Below, in pieces: positions 44,591 through 57,463 of a stretch of 64,000 bases of DNA; the stretch's first letter is position 1, and the number at the start of each line of letters is the position of its first letter. The notes beneath the pieces were generated by a model. It had not been told where the DNA came from, did not search any database, and saw nothing but the letters and a program-made list of their open reading frames with translations. Both the position numbers and the translations under genes were made by a program. This DNA is from the human T2T-CHM13v2.0 reference genome, Homo sapiens, in the NCBI RefSeq assembly GCF_009914755.1, contig NC_060945.1, one strand, 5' to 3'.

Positions 44591-44910
44591 CAGTACCAGT
44601 GGACTTGCTGAAATCTCGCGCCCTGTCCCACTCCGGAACTCATACCGCTGCCTTCTACTCCGGAACTCAGACCGCTGCCTTCTACTCCGGAACTCAGACC
44701 GCTGCCTTCTACTCCAGCACCAGTGGACTTCCTGAAATCTCGCGCCCTGTCCCACTCCGGAACTCATACGGCTGCCTTCTACTCCGGAACTCATACCCTT
44801 TGCCTTCTACTCCGGAACTGATACCCTTTGCCTTCTAAGCCAGCACTAGTGGACTTCCTGAAATCTCGCGCCCTGTCCCACACCGGAGCTGGTACCGCTG
44901 CCTTCTACTT
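44591..44910. repeat. CpG-rich higher-order minisatellite A-BBB-A-BBB-A-B
   Basis: A = 43 bp (cagcaccagtggacttcctgaaatctcgcgccctgtcccactc) at 44591, 44715, 44841; B = 27-28 bp (cggaactcataccgctgccttctactc) x7. Confidence 0.97.
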
Positions 44911-45127
44911 CAGCACATGGAACTCTGCCTCCGCAGTTCTTAGTCCGTACCCGGCATTTCAACAAAAATGTAAATATTCAGAGATGTGTCACTGAATGAG
45001 AATTACTACAACATGCTAAAAAAAAGACAATTTATTTGTTGAATGTTGAAAGAAGGGGCTAGAATCAGTTGAAATTTAGAGTAGAAGGAAAATTTTGGAG
45101 TGACTCAGTCACTTCACTCTGATTTCA

Positions 45128-45213
45128 TTTTATTTTTTATTTTTTGAGACAGGGTCTTGCCCTGTCCCCTAGGCTGGAGTGCCGTGGTATACTCATGACT
45201 CACTGTAGCCTCA
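45128..45213 (-). mobile_element. AluJ 3' fragment, truncated
   Basis: 'tttttgagacagggtcttgccctgtcccctaggctggagtgccgtgg...cactgtagcctca' then an abrupt switch to TA/CA repeat. Confidence 0.85.
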
Positions 45214-47120
45214 ATATACATACACTAATATATATATACACTAATAATGCAGCCACAGTATACATACATGCCGTGGTATACTCATGACTCACTGCAGCCT
45301 CAGTATACATACACTGTATATATATGTATATATACATACACTAATAAGTATCAACAGATATATATTTAATAAATTTATATATATACACACTAGCGCATAT
45401 GCACACATACATCAAAAACATACATATATACTATATATAATATATAGTAATATAAAAACGTACATGTTTTTGATGTGTGTGCATATGCACTGGTGTGTAT
45501 ATATATAAATTTATTGAATATATATATATCTGTTGATATGTTTATAAAATACCCTATTTATATAGGATATTTAAATTAGGATAATTTTTCATTCTCTATA
45601 TAATATATAGGATAATAATAGGATGAATAACATATAGGATATATATAAAGTGAAAAGCCAGTGCTGTGATTCCAGTCTGAATCTGAAGACCTGAGAACCG
45701 GGGGCACTGAGGGCAGGATAAGATGGATGTTCCAGCTCAGGCATTGAGGCAGAGAGAGTGCCAATCCTACCTTCCTCCCATTTTCTCCTATTCAGGCTCT
45801 CAATGTATCCTATGCTGTTCAGCCACATTGGGAAGGGCCATGTGCTTTATTTACTCAGCACACCAATTCAAATGCTAATCTTTTTTAGAAACAACTGTAT
45901 AAACATACTCAGAAATTATGTTTGATCAGATATCTGGGCAGCCTGTGTTCAGTCAAGTTAACACATAAAATTAATCATCACAGAGGATGTGTACTTAATT
46001 ATTTTGACCTCATAAATGAAGGCTTTCTCTAACTTTAATACTGTGGAACAAGCAGGGATACACAGCATGCCTAAGCAAAAATGCAAATAACTGGTGATAG
46101 TTTCTACTGGAAGATACTTCACAGGTAGGGGCACGTCTCTTTGACTGCTTTGTCATCAAACAGCCTCTCTGGAAAAATTTATTTGTCCTTGTAGGGAGAA
46201 GAAGATACTGTTAAAGTGGAGATTTTAAAATAAACCTAAAGTATGCAGATATACAGTGTTCAACACCAAAAACCTTAAGAACAGACATCTTCATTTTAAA
46301 TTTTCCTTTAGAATCTTTAAAAGTAGATAAGAATCCTAGGCCTGAAGCTTTTTTTGAGAGACGCTTTTTTAGGAACTGCTGTAAGAAGTATTCATAAGTA
46401 CTTAAGTTGTCATAGTTATTAATAGTTCTGAGAATTTCCCTTAGATTTCCCAGTATATTCAGTTGATGTTCAAATCTTTGCAGAGAAGTTGACCTGAAGG
46501 AGAATTAGGAAATTAACAGAATTAGAAAATAATTATAATCTGGGAATTATTCTTACAGTAGAAATAGTGTCAGTCTAAAGTTGTATATCTCATACCATAT
46601 TTACTAAAATTATTTATTTTGCTGGTAAGGCATGCATAAGCCACAGTGTATTTCCAAAAGAATATCCAGCTCTTTCAATGACGATTACTAATGTCCCTTT
46701 TCAAATTTAATGATTATAGGACCTTAGTTCAAATAAAAATACTGTATATATGTGGTTCTATTTCTGGACTCTATTATGTTCCATGAATCTGTATTTCTAT
46801 CATTATTCCAGCACTAAATTGTCTGGATATCTGTAAGTTTGTATAAAATCTTGAAATAAGGTAATGCACACTGTCTTTGTTCTTTATTGGAAAAATATTT
46901 TGGCTATTTGAGGTCTTCCTTTTCCATATAAATTTAAAACCTTCTTGGCAATTTTCTCAAAAAAAGTCTGCAGTTCATTTTTGGAGAATTACATTGAATC
47001 TATAGGTCAACTTGGAGATAATTGATATATTAGTAATATAGATTTTTCCAATTCAAGGTCATGGAATATTTCTCAATTTATTTAGATCTCTTTTAACTTC
47101 AGGAACTTTGTCTACTTTTT

Positions 47121-47782
47121 GATTTTTTATTTTACCTTAAGTTCTGGGATACATGTGCAGAATGTGCAGGTTTGTTACATAGGTATACATGTGCCTTGGT
47201 GGTTTGCTGCACGTATCAACCCATCATCTAGGTTTTAAGCCCTGCATGCATTAGGTATTTATCCTAATGCTCTCCCTCCCCTTGCCCCCCACCCCCCGAC
47301 AGGGCCCGGTGTGTGCTGTTTCCCTCCCTGTGCCCATGTGTTCTCATTTTTCAACTCCCACTTATCAGTGAGCACGTGTGGTGTTTGGTTTTGTTCCTGT
47401 GTTAGTTTGCTGAAAATGATGGCTTCCAGCTTCATCCATGTCCTTACAAAGGACATGATCTCATTGTTTTTTATGGCTGCATAGTATTACATGGTGTATA
47501 TGTGCCACATTTTCTTTATCCTGTCTATCATTGATGGGGCATTTGAGTTGGTTCCAAGTCTTTGCTATTGTAAATAATGTTTCAATAAACATACATGTGC
47601 CTGTTTCTTTATAGTAGAATGATTTATAATCCTTTGGGTATATAGCCCATAATGGGATTGCTGGATCAAATGGTGTTTCTAGTTCTAGATCCTTTAGGAA
47701 TTGCCACACTATTTTCCACAACGGTTGAACTAATTTACAGTCCCACCAACAGTGTAAAAGCGTCCCTATTTCTCCACAGCCT
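47121..47782 (-). mobile_element. L1PA (L1PA8-like) 5'-truncated 3' end with TSD
   Basis: Well-preserved L1PA 3' UTR and ORF2 C-terminus (ORF 47461-47721 WKIVWQFLKDLELETPFDPAIPL...); TSD tctactttt at 47111 and 47783. Confidence 0.95.
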
Positions 47783-48989
47783 TCTACTTTTATGTGTTTA
47801 GGTTCCTTATATATTATGTGAAATTTTTTTCTAAATATTTTGTGTTTTTATTACTGTAAATGGTATTGTGTTTATAGCAAAGGTATTTTTCTTTGTGGAT
47901 ATAGAAATACAATTAATTATTGCATGTTGAGCAGTACCTTGCAAATATATTTACTTATTCTTATAGTTTTTTAAAATGTAATTTCTGCGAGTTGCTTACA
48001 AATTATTTGTGAATTAGTTTTACTTCTTGCCAAGATTTATACTTTTTTCTTTGTTTTCTTGCCTAGTCTGCTGCCTAGGGATTCCAGAAAAATTGTGAAT
48101 AGAGGTGATGAGAACAGATATCCTTGTCTTGTTCCTGATTTCAGGGAGAAAATATGCAAATTTTCACTATCAAATATGAGGTTAAATGTAGACTTTTAAA
48201 AGAGATTCTTGATCAGATTGAGGAAATGTTCTTATATTCCTAGTTTGCTATTTTATTATTAATTGATGTTGAATTTTGTCAGATTTTGGAGGCATCTATC
48301 TTTATGATCATATGGTTTTTATCTTTTATTTTATATATGTGATAACTTCCATTGTTTGATTTCCATTCTTGGGATAAATCCAGCTTCATCATGATATTGT
48401 CTGTGGTATATATTGTTAGATTCATTTTTCTTATATTTTCTTTTGGATTTCTGTGTCTATATTAGTGATGGTATTGTTTTCTGGTAATATATTTTTCTGC
48501 ATTTGGTATAAAGATAATGATATTTTTATAAAATTAATTGGGAAGTGTTCTCTGTTGATTTTAATTGGGAAGTGCTCTCTGTTGATTTTATGAAAAAGTT
48601 TATAGAAGCTGGATGCTATTTTTTCTTAAATGGTTGACAAAATTTATGGGCTATGTCATCTTGGCTAACTTTTTTTTGTGGGAAGATTTTAAAAATATAA
48701 TATATTTTTAATCGTGATATGTTTGATTGATACCATTCTTGTGTCAGTTTTGGTGGGTTTTGTCTTTCAAGGAGATTAGGATGATTAAATTTATATTTTT
48801 ATTTTCCAGTGTTATTTAAATCAATTAAAAAAACACTTCTGCATCTGGCAATTTAGATATATTTTTATTACCTATTTTGAATGTGATTCCTTAGGTTTAG
48901 ATAATATAATCTGGAGGATTTAGTCATATTACACTTTAGACTTAATTATGTTCCAGAATATTAAGTATCTTAGATAATATTTAATGTGT

Positions 48990-49079
48990 ATTTTTTATCA
49001 TTATACTTCAAATTGTAAGGTACATGTGCACAACGTGCATGTTTGTTACAACATGTGCCATGTTGGTGTGCTGCACCTC
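48990..49079 (-). mobile_element. Very short L1PA 3' end with TSD
   Basis: 'ggtacatgtgcacaacgtgcatgtttgttaca...catgtgccatgttggtgtgctgcacc'; TSD atttaatgtgt at 48979-48989 and 49080-49090. Confidence 0.9.
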
Positions 49080-51859
49080 ATTTAATGTGTGTTTGAAAAG
49101 ACTATTCAGTAGTTGTTGGTTGTAGTGTATTATTAATGGTTATTAGGTAAAGTTTGCTAATAGGCTAATTCACATCTTCTAAATTCTGACCTAGTTTAGT
49201 CTACCTGTTTTACTTTCTCAGAGTGGAATGGTATAGCCTCTACCTATAATTGTTGATTGATTCCTGTTAATTCTGTCAGGATTTCCTTTCAGTTCTTCAG
49301 GTATTTGGAAGCGCTGGTAGTGGCATACACGTACAGGATTTTTATGTCTTTCTTGTGAAATGATTCTTATTATTTGAAATGACCTCCGTTATATCTAATC
49401 ATGTTGTAATAAACTTGGGTCCTGATACTAATAGAGACTTCCCAGCCATCATATGATTAGTGTTTGCATGATGTGTTTTTCCATGCTTATGTTTTTAAAT
49501 CTGTTTCCATTCTTTTCTCGTTTGCATTATTTCTGATGCACTGTCACCATTGTTCTTATTTGTTCTTTTGTGCATTAAGTGACTTTTTTCTCTAGCTGCT
49601 CTCAAGATTTTAATTCTTGATTTTTAGAAATATTGTTATGATATACCTCATTATAATTTCTTTATGTGTATCCTAATTAGAGATTATTAAGTTTTTTTGA
49701 ATTTGTGGGTTTGTATTGCTTAATAAAATGTGGAAATTTTCCACTATATATTTCTTCAGTCATTTTATGCCCTCTCTTCTGGAACTCTAACTCCATGTAT
49801 GTTGGACTGGCTGACGTTTTATCACAGTCAATGACTGATGCTTTGCTCATTTATTTTTTTCTCTCCATGTTTCAGTTTGGATAATTTTAATTGTGATGTC
49901 CTAAAGTTTACTATTTTTCTTCTGTTAAGCACAGCCAGTGAGCATTTAATTTAGATTTTGTACTTATAGCTTTAAAGTTCCGTTTTATTTTTTCCCAATG
50001 GTTTCCATTTCCCTTTATCCTGATTTATATTTTCCTTCAAATCCTCGAATATATATGCTAATTCCATTTTATTTTTCATTTATATATATTTCTGTGGATA
50101 TATTTTCTCCTGCTTGTGGGTCACATTTCCATGAATTTTCAGTAGTCTACTGTTTTTTGTTATATGTTGGTCGTCGTGATTATCATATTGTTGAGTTTCT
50201 AGACGTTGGTATTTTCCTTTAAAGCAGATTGTATTACTTTGTGGCAACAATTGAAACATTTCAGGGTTAAGATGATCTGCTTAAGCCCTGTTTTAAAGTA
50301 TTTTAGGCTAGACTTTGTGGAGCCAGTACTCTAGAAGTAGCTTAGTTCTACTTCACCGTTTTGGGTTTTTTGGGGTCTGTATTGAATATTCCAGTTACTC
50401 AACAAATCACTGTACTCTGCCTTAATGGAACTTGGAAATCTCTCAGCAACCTGAGTTCTGGTAGCGTTCCAGTTTACCACTCTCCAGTAGTTGTTGTTTC
50501 CCTCTCTAAGATTAGCTTAGTATTCAACTACAGACTCAATGGGACACTTATGCTGATGTCTGGAGCTCCTTCTATGTAGCCTCCTGTTCTATAATAATCT
50601 GACATAAACTTTAGCCATCTTAACTCCTGTAAAGTTGCGTATGTGTCTTCATAGCACATAGAAACCACTGTGCCATTTTCCCCCTCAGTATTGTGTCTGG
50701 TAAGTGTCTCCAGGAAGAAAGTCAGGGTGATCTAGTTTTTTCCCCTTCTCTCAGGGATTAATATTCTCTACTGCCTGTTTACCAGATGTGACAGTATTTA
50801 TTTTTTATTTCTGTTTTTTAGTTGTTTAGATGAAAGGGATTGTCTGGAGTCAACTATACCGTCATGGCCAGCCATGGAAAATTCACTATTTTTTTTTTTT
50901 TTGTAATAATGTATTAGTAATTGGGTGCCTTTACAAAGCTCTTTCCTTTACATCTGGAAGACAATTCCATTATCATTTTGTTTGACTCTTTCAGATCTTA
51001 GTTTAAATGTCATTTTTTTTTTCATGAAGCTCCCTGGAATCTGCATGTCCAAATGTCTTCTTTATATGCTGTCAGTATTCTGTGCTTTCTCCATAAGTGA
51101 ACTTACACTACTATGCTGTGTTTATTTGCCCCTTGCCTTGTATATATGCATAACTAAATTACACACAACATAAATATATAGAAATGTATAATATAATAGA
51201 AAAGTATGAAATATTGAGTACCATAAATGTGCATATTTAAATGAACGTTTGGAGGAGAAAGAAATCCATTTTAAGTAGTGGAAAAGCAAACATCATGACT
51301 TTTGTAAGACATGGTTGAATGTGAGCATTTTGGAATGGGAGGGAGCCACATTTTAGTCATGGTGGGGGGTACCGTGCGAACAATGGAACCAAAATTTGCA
51401 GTTTTGAAAACATATAAGTGAATGTTTGAATATAACTTGGGTCAAAATGTGAAGAGTATTGAATGATGGAGCTATGATGGAAAAGTACATTCAATCTATT
51501 AAGGGGTTTTGCAGTAAGAGACTGATGAGTTTAGATCATTCTGAAAGCATTTTAAAGGTAGAGGAGGTAGACTTAATTGGGCAGCTTTTAAAGTAGCTAG
51601 GTCAAAGTATGACAGCCAAATAAGGTGTGGGAGAGAGAGAAGGGGCATGTTCAAAGTGTATTCTTAATTTTTATTTTTCTTGGTTAAATATATGATTAAG
51701 TTTATAAATGAGATAGAGAATATGTGATAAGTGAAAAAAATGTTTTAGAGAAGAGGTCATATTATTTTTAGCATGCAAATTTGGAGATGCCTGCTGCATG
51801 TTCATGTATATTGTCTGTTTGGCACTTAAATTATGGGTTTCCACGATATATGGGGATAG

Positions 51860-52400
51860 AATAACAAGTTAGATAACATCATAAAGAAACAATCAGCCAA
51901 ATCCATATGGGGGATTACATAGATAAAATGACTTATTTTATCTAGCATATCAATTATATGAGGAAAGAAACATTGTTATGGAATAAAAAGTTTTATGAGC
52001 TTTGGTAAAGAATGCAGTATGTGAAATTTCTTTAATCATGATATGCACAAACCAACTATAAATATGTTTTGGAAGCATTTAGGGAAATGGAATATGGATA
52101 GCATAGTATATGCTATTAAAGAAGGATTTTAACTTAATTAGTTGTGAGGATTTCATAGTGGTTCCATTAGAAAAGAGTTTTATATTAGTTAAAGATGCAT
52201 AATGAACTTATAGATAAAATGATATGGTATCTCATATTTTCTTTAAAATACTGTAGCAAAGAACAATAAAGGAAAGACACAAAACGAAAACGACAACATT
52301 TTGATTATTCTTGAAACATGAGTGGATAGGTACATGGAAATGCTTTCTGCTACACTTTTCTTCATCTGTGTATATTTGCCATTTCTGTGACATTAAAAAT
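51860..52400 (+). mobile_element. L1MC/ME 3' region fragment
   Basis: 'aatcagccaaatcca', 'gggaaatggaatatggatagcatagtatatgctattaaagaa', 'gatatggtatctcatattttctttaaaatact'. Confidence 0.55.
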
Positions 52401-54295
52401 AGAGTCTGCCCAGAAAACTCTTAGATATGTATATAGATTTAAGCTAAATATTTGTGTGTATGTTTATATGCATGTGTAGGATACTCTGAGTTACAAATTG
52501 TCTTAAATACCATTAGAATAGGGTATAAAAATAGAAGGTCAAAACCAGACATCTTGGAGCCAGCAATAGTTGAGGTTGTTGGAAAAATATTAGACATACA
52601 AGAAGCCGTACCACCATCTGGAAAAGTAGTAGTGGCAGGGAGTGGGCTTTTGCTATGGTAATGAAAATTAAAATTATGAAGAAAGGCAAGATGCAAGATG
52701 CAGCATTGTCTTGGTAAAATCCAAAAAGTGGCAACAGTTTCATATTGAGAGGAAAAAACAGGGGTAAATGCAGTATTGCAAACAAGATTTTGTACTTGGC
52801 TGAACAGGAAGGATAAATGGTAATGCCATCAACCAAAATAACAGACAGAGAAAGAAGTGTAGGCTGGGGAGGAACTATGATGGATATTGGTCTTATTGTA
52901 AGATACTACACTAAAGAAAAGGCACTTCAGAAAATGTTTGCCATGTGAGCCCTCACAAAGGTGAGTGGCAACCCATTATCTTTTCATACACTCTGAAATT
53001 TTGAGTCTGCTTAATTCCACTATTGAAATGTTTTGGTTTAAATATGTTTAAAAATTGTATTCCTGTAAATTTTCTCATTTTAATAGCAGCTCATTACAAT
53101 GTTAAAATTATTTATATATGTGTCAAAGTCTTGTGGGTATTCCATTCTTTCTTTTTCCTTTTATTTAAACTTAATACTTGACACTCTGGTTTTGTGTTAG
53201 TTACTCATGATTATTCATCACATCACTATGACTAGCATAGTACTTGTTACTCTTTTTATATAAAATGTTCAATTCTTGGTTAAATAAATGGCTTATTAAT
53301 GTTATAATGTAATCTTGGAGTTAACATTGGCTTTAGTATATGGTATGAGCTCCCTTTTCAAAATAATATCTTTAAATTGATAATGTAATAGAAACTATGG
53401 TTATATACAGCGTATACACAAGAGTTTCAGATAATTTAAACATAATTTGTGTAATTGCAGCACAATTTAGTTTGACTGTATTTTTACAAATTAAATGAGA
53501 TACTGATTCTACTCTATACAACCATGGGAGCAAGTTTTTCAAAATAAGTTTTTAAAAAATATTTTCATTGCCTGTGAAGATGCAGAAAATACTAGCAGAT
53601 ACTTTGGGAAAAACCCCTTAAAATAGTCTAAAACCAGTTAATCTGTAATTAATTTAATTTGGCATGTGGAACCACTATCATACCCCTTCATTTTCATCTA
53701 TGTGGAAGGTTCTTCTTACTTCAGTTAAGTGTTCACTGGTGAGTTTGTAGTAGTCATACTGTCTGCTTCCTGCCCTTGACTCAGTATCTGGAAAAGATTC
53801 AGAGATAATCCTAATCCATATTCAATCTCCACCAGTTCTCTAAGGCACTCATATACAAGAATGTCAAAATAAAAGAAGACTTGCTACTGTAGCATGCTTG
53901 TTCTGTAGTATTTCTGTCTCATTATAAAGAATGAAGCATTTTTTGTTTCTGTTTAGCAACATAAACAAACAAAAATAAAGTGAATTCCACATTATTCATC
54001 TTTGAACTCCAAAGGAGTAAATTTATTTTGGACACATTCAAACACTGTTGATGAGACAGTAATATATTCAAGAAGAACAACAATGTTTTGCCATCAAATC
54101 ATTCATAATAAATGTTTGCCCTACCTATTTAGTCTGGGTATGCAGAGTATATAGGACAATACAAATACAGTATACCTAGTCAGAAAAAAAATAATTGCTT
54201 GATAATCCTATGAAAGTTATGTTAGTCTTTTGTTTGCATGGATATAGTAAACACCAAAGTTTTTACTATGGAAGTCAAGTGTAAATAGATAGATT

Positions 54296-54296
<1 letters not shown>

Positions 54297-54334
<38 letters not shown>
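54297..54334. repeat. (TAGA)n tetranucleotide STR, ~9.5 units
   Basis: Direct read of the sequence. Confidence 0.97.
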
Positions 54335-54336
<2 letters not shown>

Positions 54337-55679
54337 TGTAGATATAGCTTTAGTTATATGTATCATATTCCCAGTATGGTATTCTTTAATGATATTTTTT
54401 AGAAACAACAGAGAAAATGACTTGAGAGTAACTGAACTTCATAAGGTAATTTCTTCCAGAAACCAGAATCATAATTATGTACAGAGCTATGGATATAAAC
54501 CTAAACATAAAGTTACAATTACATGTGTAATGTATCTCGCAACAAAGACCATATAGGAAATATGATCCAGGCTTGACTAAAAAGATGACATGTGTTCTAA
54601 TAAAGGCTTAATATCTTCTTATTCATTAACTTTCACCTCTCTTTTCTCCCTCACTGAACTAATAGCTCTTCTTTGTACAAAATCCCAATTATTATTGGTA
54701 AAAATTTCAAGTTTCTGCACCCGCAGGTTTTCAATTCATTGCAGAGCAGCAGCTGTATTCCTACAGATTTTTTTTTCACTTTTTTCTAATAGACTGTGTA
54801 AGATGCCTGCCACGTGTTCCTTATCCCCAAGGGTGACTACACTATTTGTCTGTGGACTCATGGCTGTATCTTTCACTCAACTAATATGTTACTCATTGTT
54901 GGGTTAATAGAAAGGAATTATATATTTCCCTGAATTTTGGCAAGAAGAGCAATTCACTACTTGAACCCGAGCTAAAATAAACTTCCACATTTGGTATAAA
55001 AATGAACACTTTGCTGTGCTCTAGGCAATACCTTTGAACATTTTTCCTTGGCTGCTGCACATGGCGTTATAGTCTTAACTATATTTGGCACATGATATTA
55101 TAGATTACAGTCACTCTATGCATTAATGAAAACTCGGCTTTTGTATTTTTACAGATTATTTTGGAAGCCGATTAGTTGGTAGTTTTGAAGATACCATATA
55201 GGGTTATGATCAAAAAGCAATTACATATATAAAATTTTAGAAAGTAATCATATATCATCATCTTTGTACATTGTCAAATAAATGAAGGGGAGGAATTAAT
55301 TTAATTACACTTTGTAATGTGTTCCCTCTTATAAAATCTCCAGAGTGAGATTTTCCTTTATATGGAATCATCTGCATTTAAAAAAAAACTTCGTAAAACA
55401 TGCAAAGAGCAGCTGCCTATATTTGCAGCTGCAAGACAGACATTTTTACTACACAGTTTCTGCTTGAACCATGACAGGTGAAGTTTAAAAGGATTCATTC
55501 TAGGCAAAGTGGTTAGTCTTTAAAAAGTTTTGTTGTTGTTGTTCTTGTTTTATTTCTAGCCCAATCAAGCATCCTTTTTGGAAAGTTCTTTCTCCAGTTT
55601 CAGAAATGTAGAGCCTAGTTATGCTTCTCATTCCTCCTAATACAAAAGATGTTTGTATTTAATATGAGGGAACCAAGTA

Positions 55680-55800
55680 GGTGAAAGATTCTGGACTCTG
55701 AAGTCAGCCTGGGCCTGAACCTCACTTCTGAAACTTATTAGCCGTGTAATCTTCGGAAATTTAAATGTTTCTCCCTATGTTTGCTTATTCTGAAATAGTT
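55680..55800. mobile_element. MIR fragment
   Basis: 'ggactctgaagtcagcctgggcctgaacctcacttctgaaacttattagccgtgtaatctt'. Confidence 0.7.
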
Positions 55801-56006
55801 GTTGAACTGCAGAAGGCATACGTATAGAATACTGGCAAAACTACCCTCTTAAGAATTAAACAAAATAATTTTAAAAAGACAGACTATGGAATATAGTGTG
55901 TACTGAATGTAATTTAGATTCTCTTCTATGTTAATCTGATTAATTATATTTTAAAATAGCACATTCACACTGTTTTACTTGAATACAGCTAAATGTGTGT
56001 ATATAT

Positions 56007-57463
<1,457 letters not shown>

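Larger units (their letters stand above)
44164..45982 (-). mobile_element. MLT2 (ERVL) LTR split into 44164-~44210 and ~45650-45982
   Basis: Ends match MLT2: 'tgtactaggcagcattttccagagaaacagaaccaata' and 'cagtcaagttaacacataaaattaatcatcaca'. Confidence 0.85.
46730..50880 (-). mobile_element. Long diverged L1M (ORF2/ORF1 remnants) with younger insertions
   Basis: Antisense L1M motifs 'ggttctatttctggactctattatgttcca', 'gaatagaggtgatgagaacagatatccttgtcttgttcctgatttcaggg', 'tagctgctctcaagattt'. Confidence 0.75.

Noticed and set aside
44591-44910. Repeat/spacer-like look of the minisatellite (CRISPR-like) and its ORFs 44585-44794 and 44599-44838
   Set aside because: The 'spacers' are themselves repeats, the context is primate, and there are no cas genes. 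The ORFs are open only because the 27-bp unit lacks stops.
44909-44924. REST/RE1-like ttcagcacatggaac and cagcaccagtggac in unit A
   Set aside because: The spacing is wrong and the right half-site GGACAGCGCC is absent.
52890-52970. Consensus donor AAG|GTGAGT at ~52959-52967 as a possible exon end
   Set aside because: The upstream acceptor is weak and there is no reading-frame support; expected by chance.
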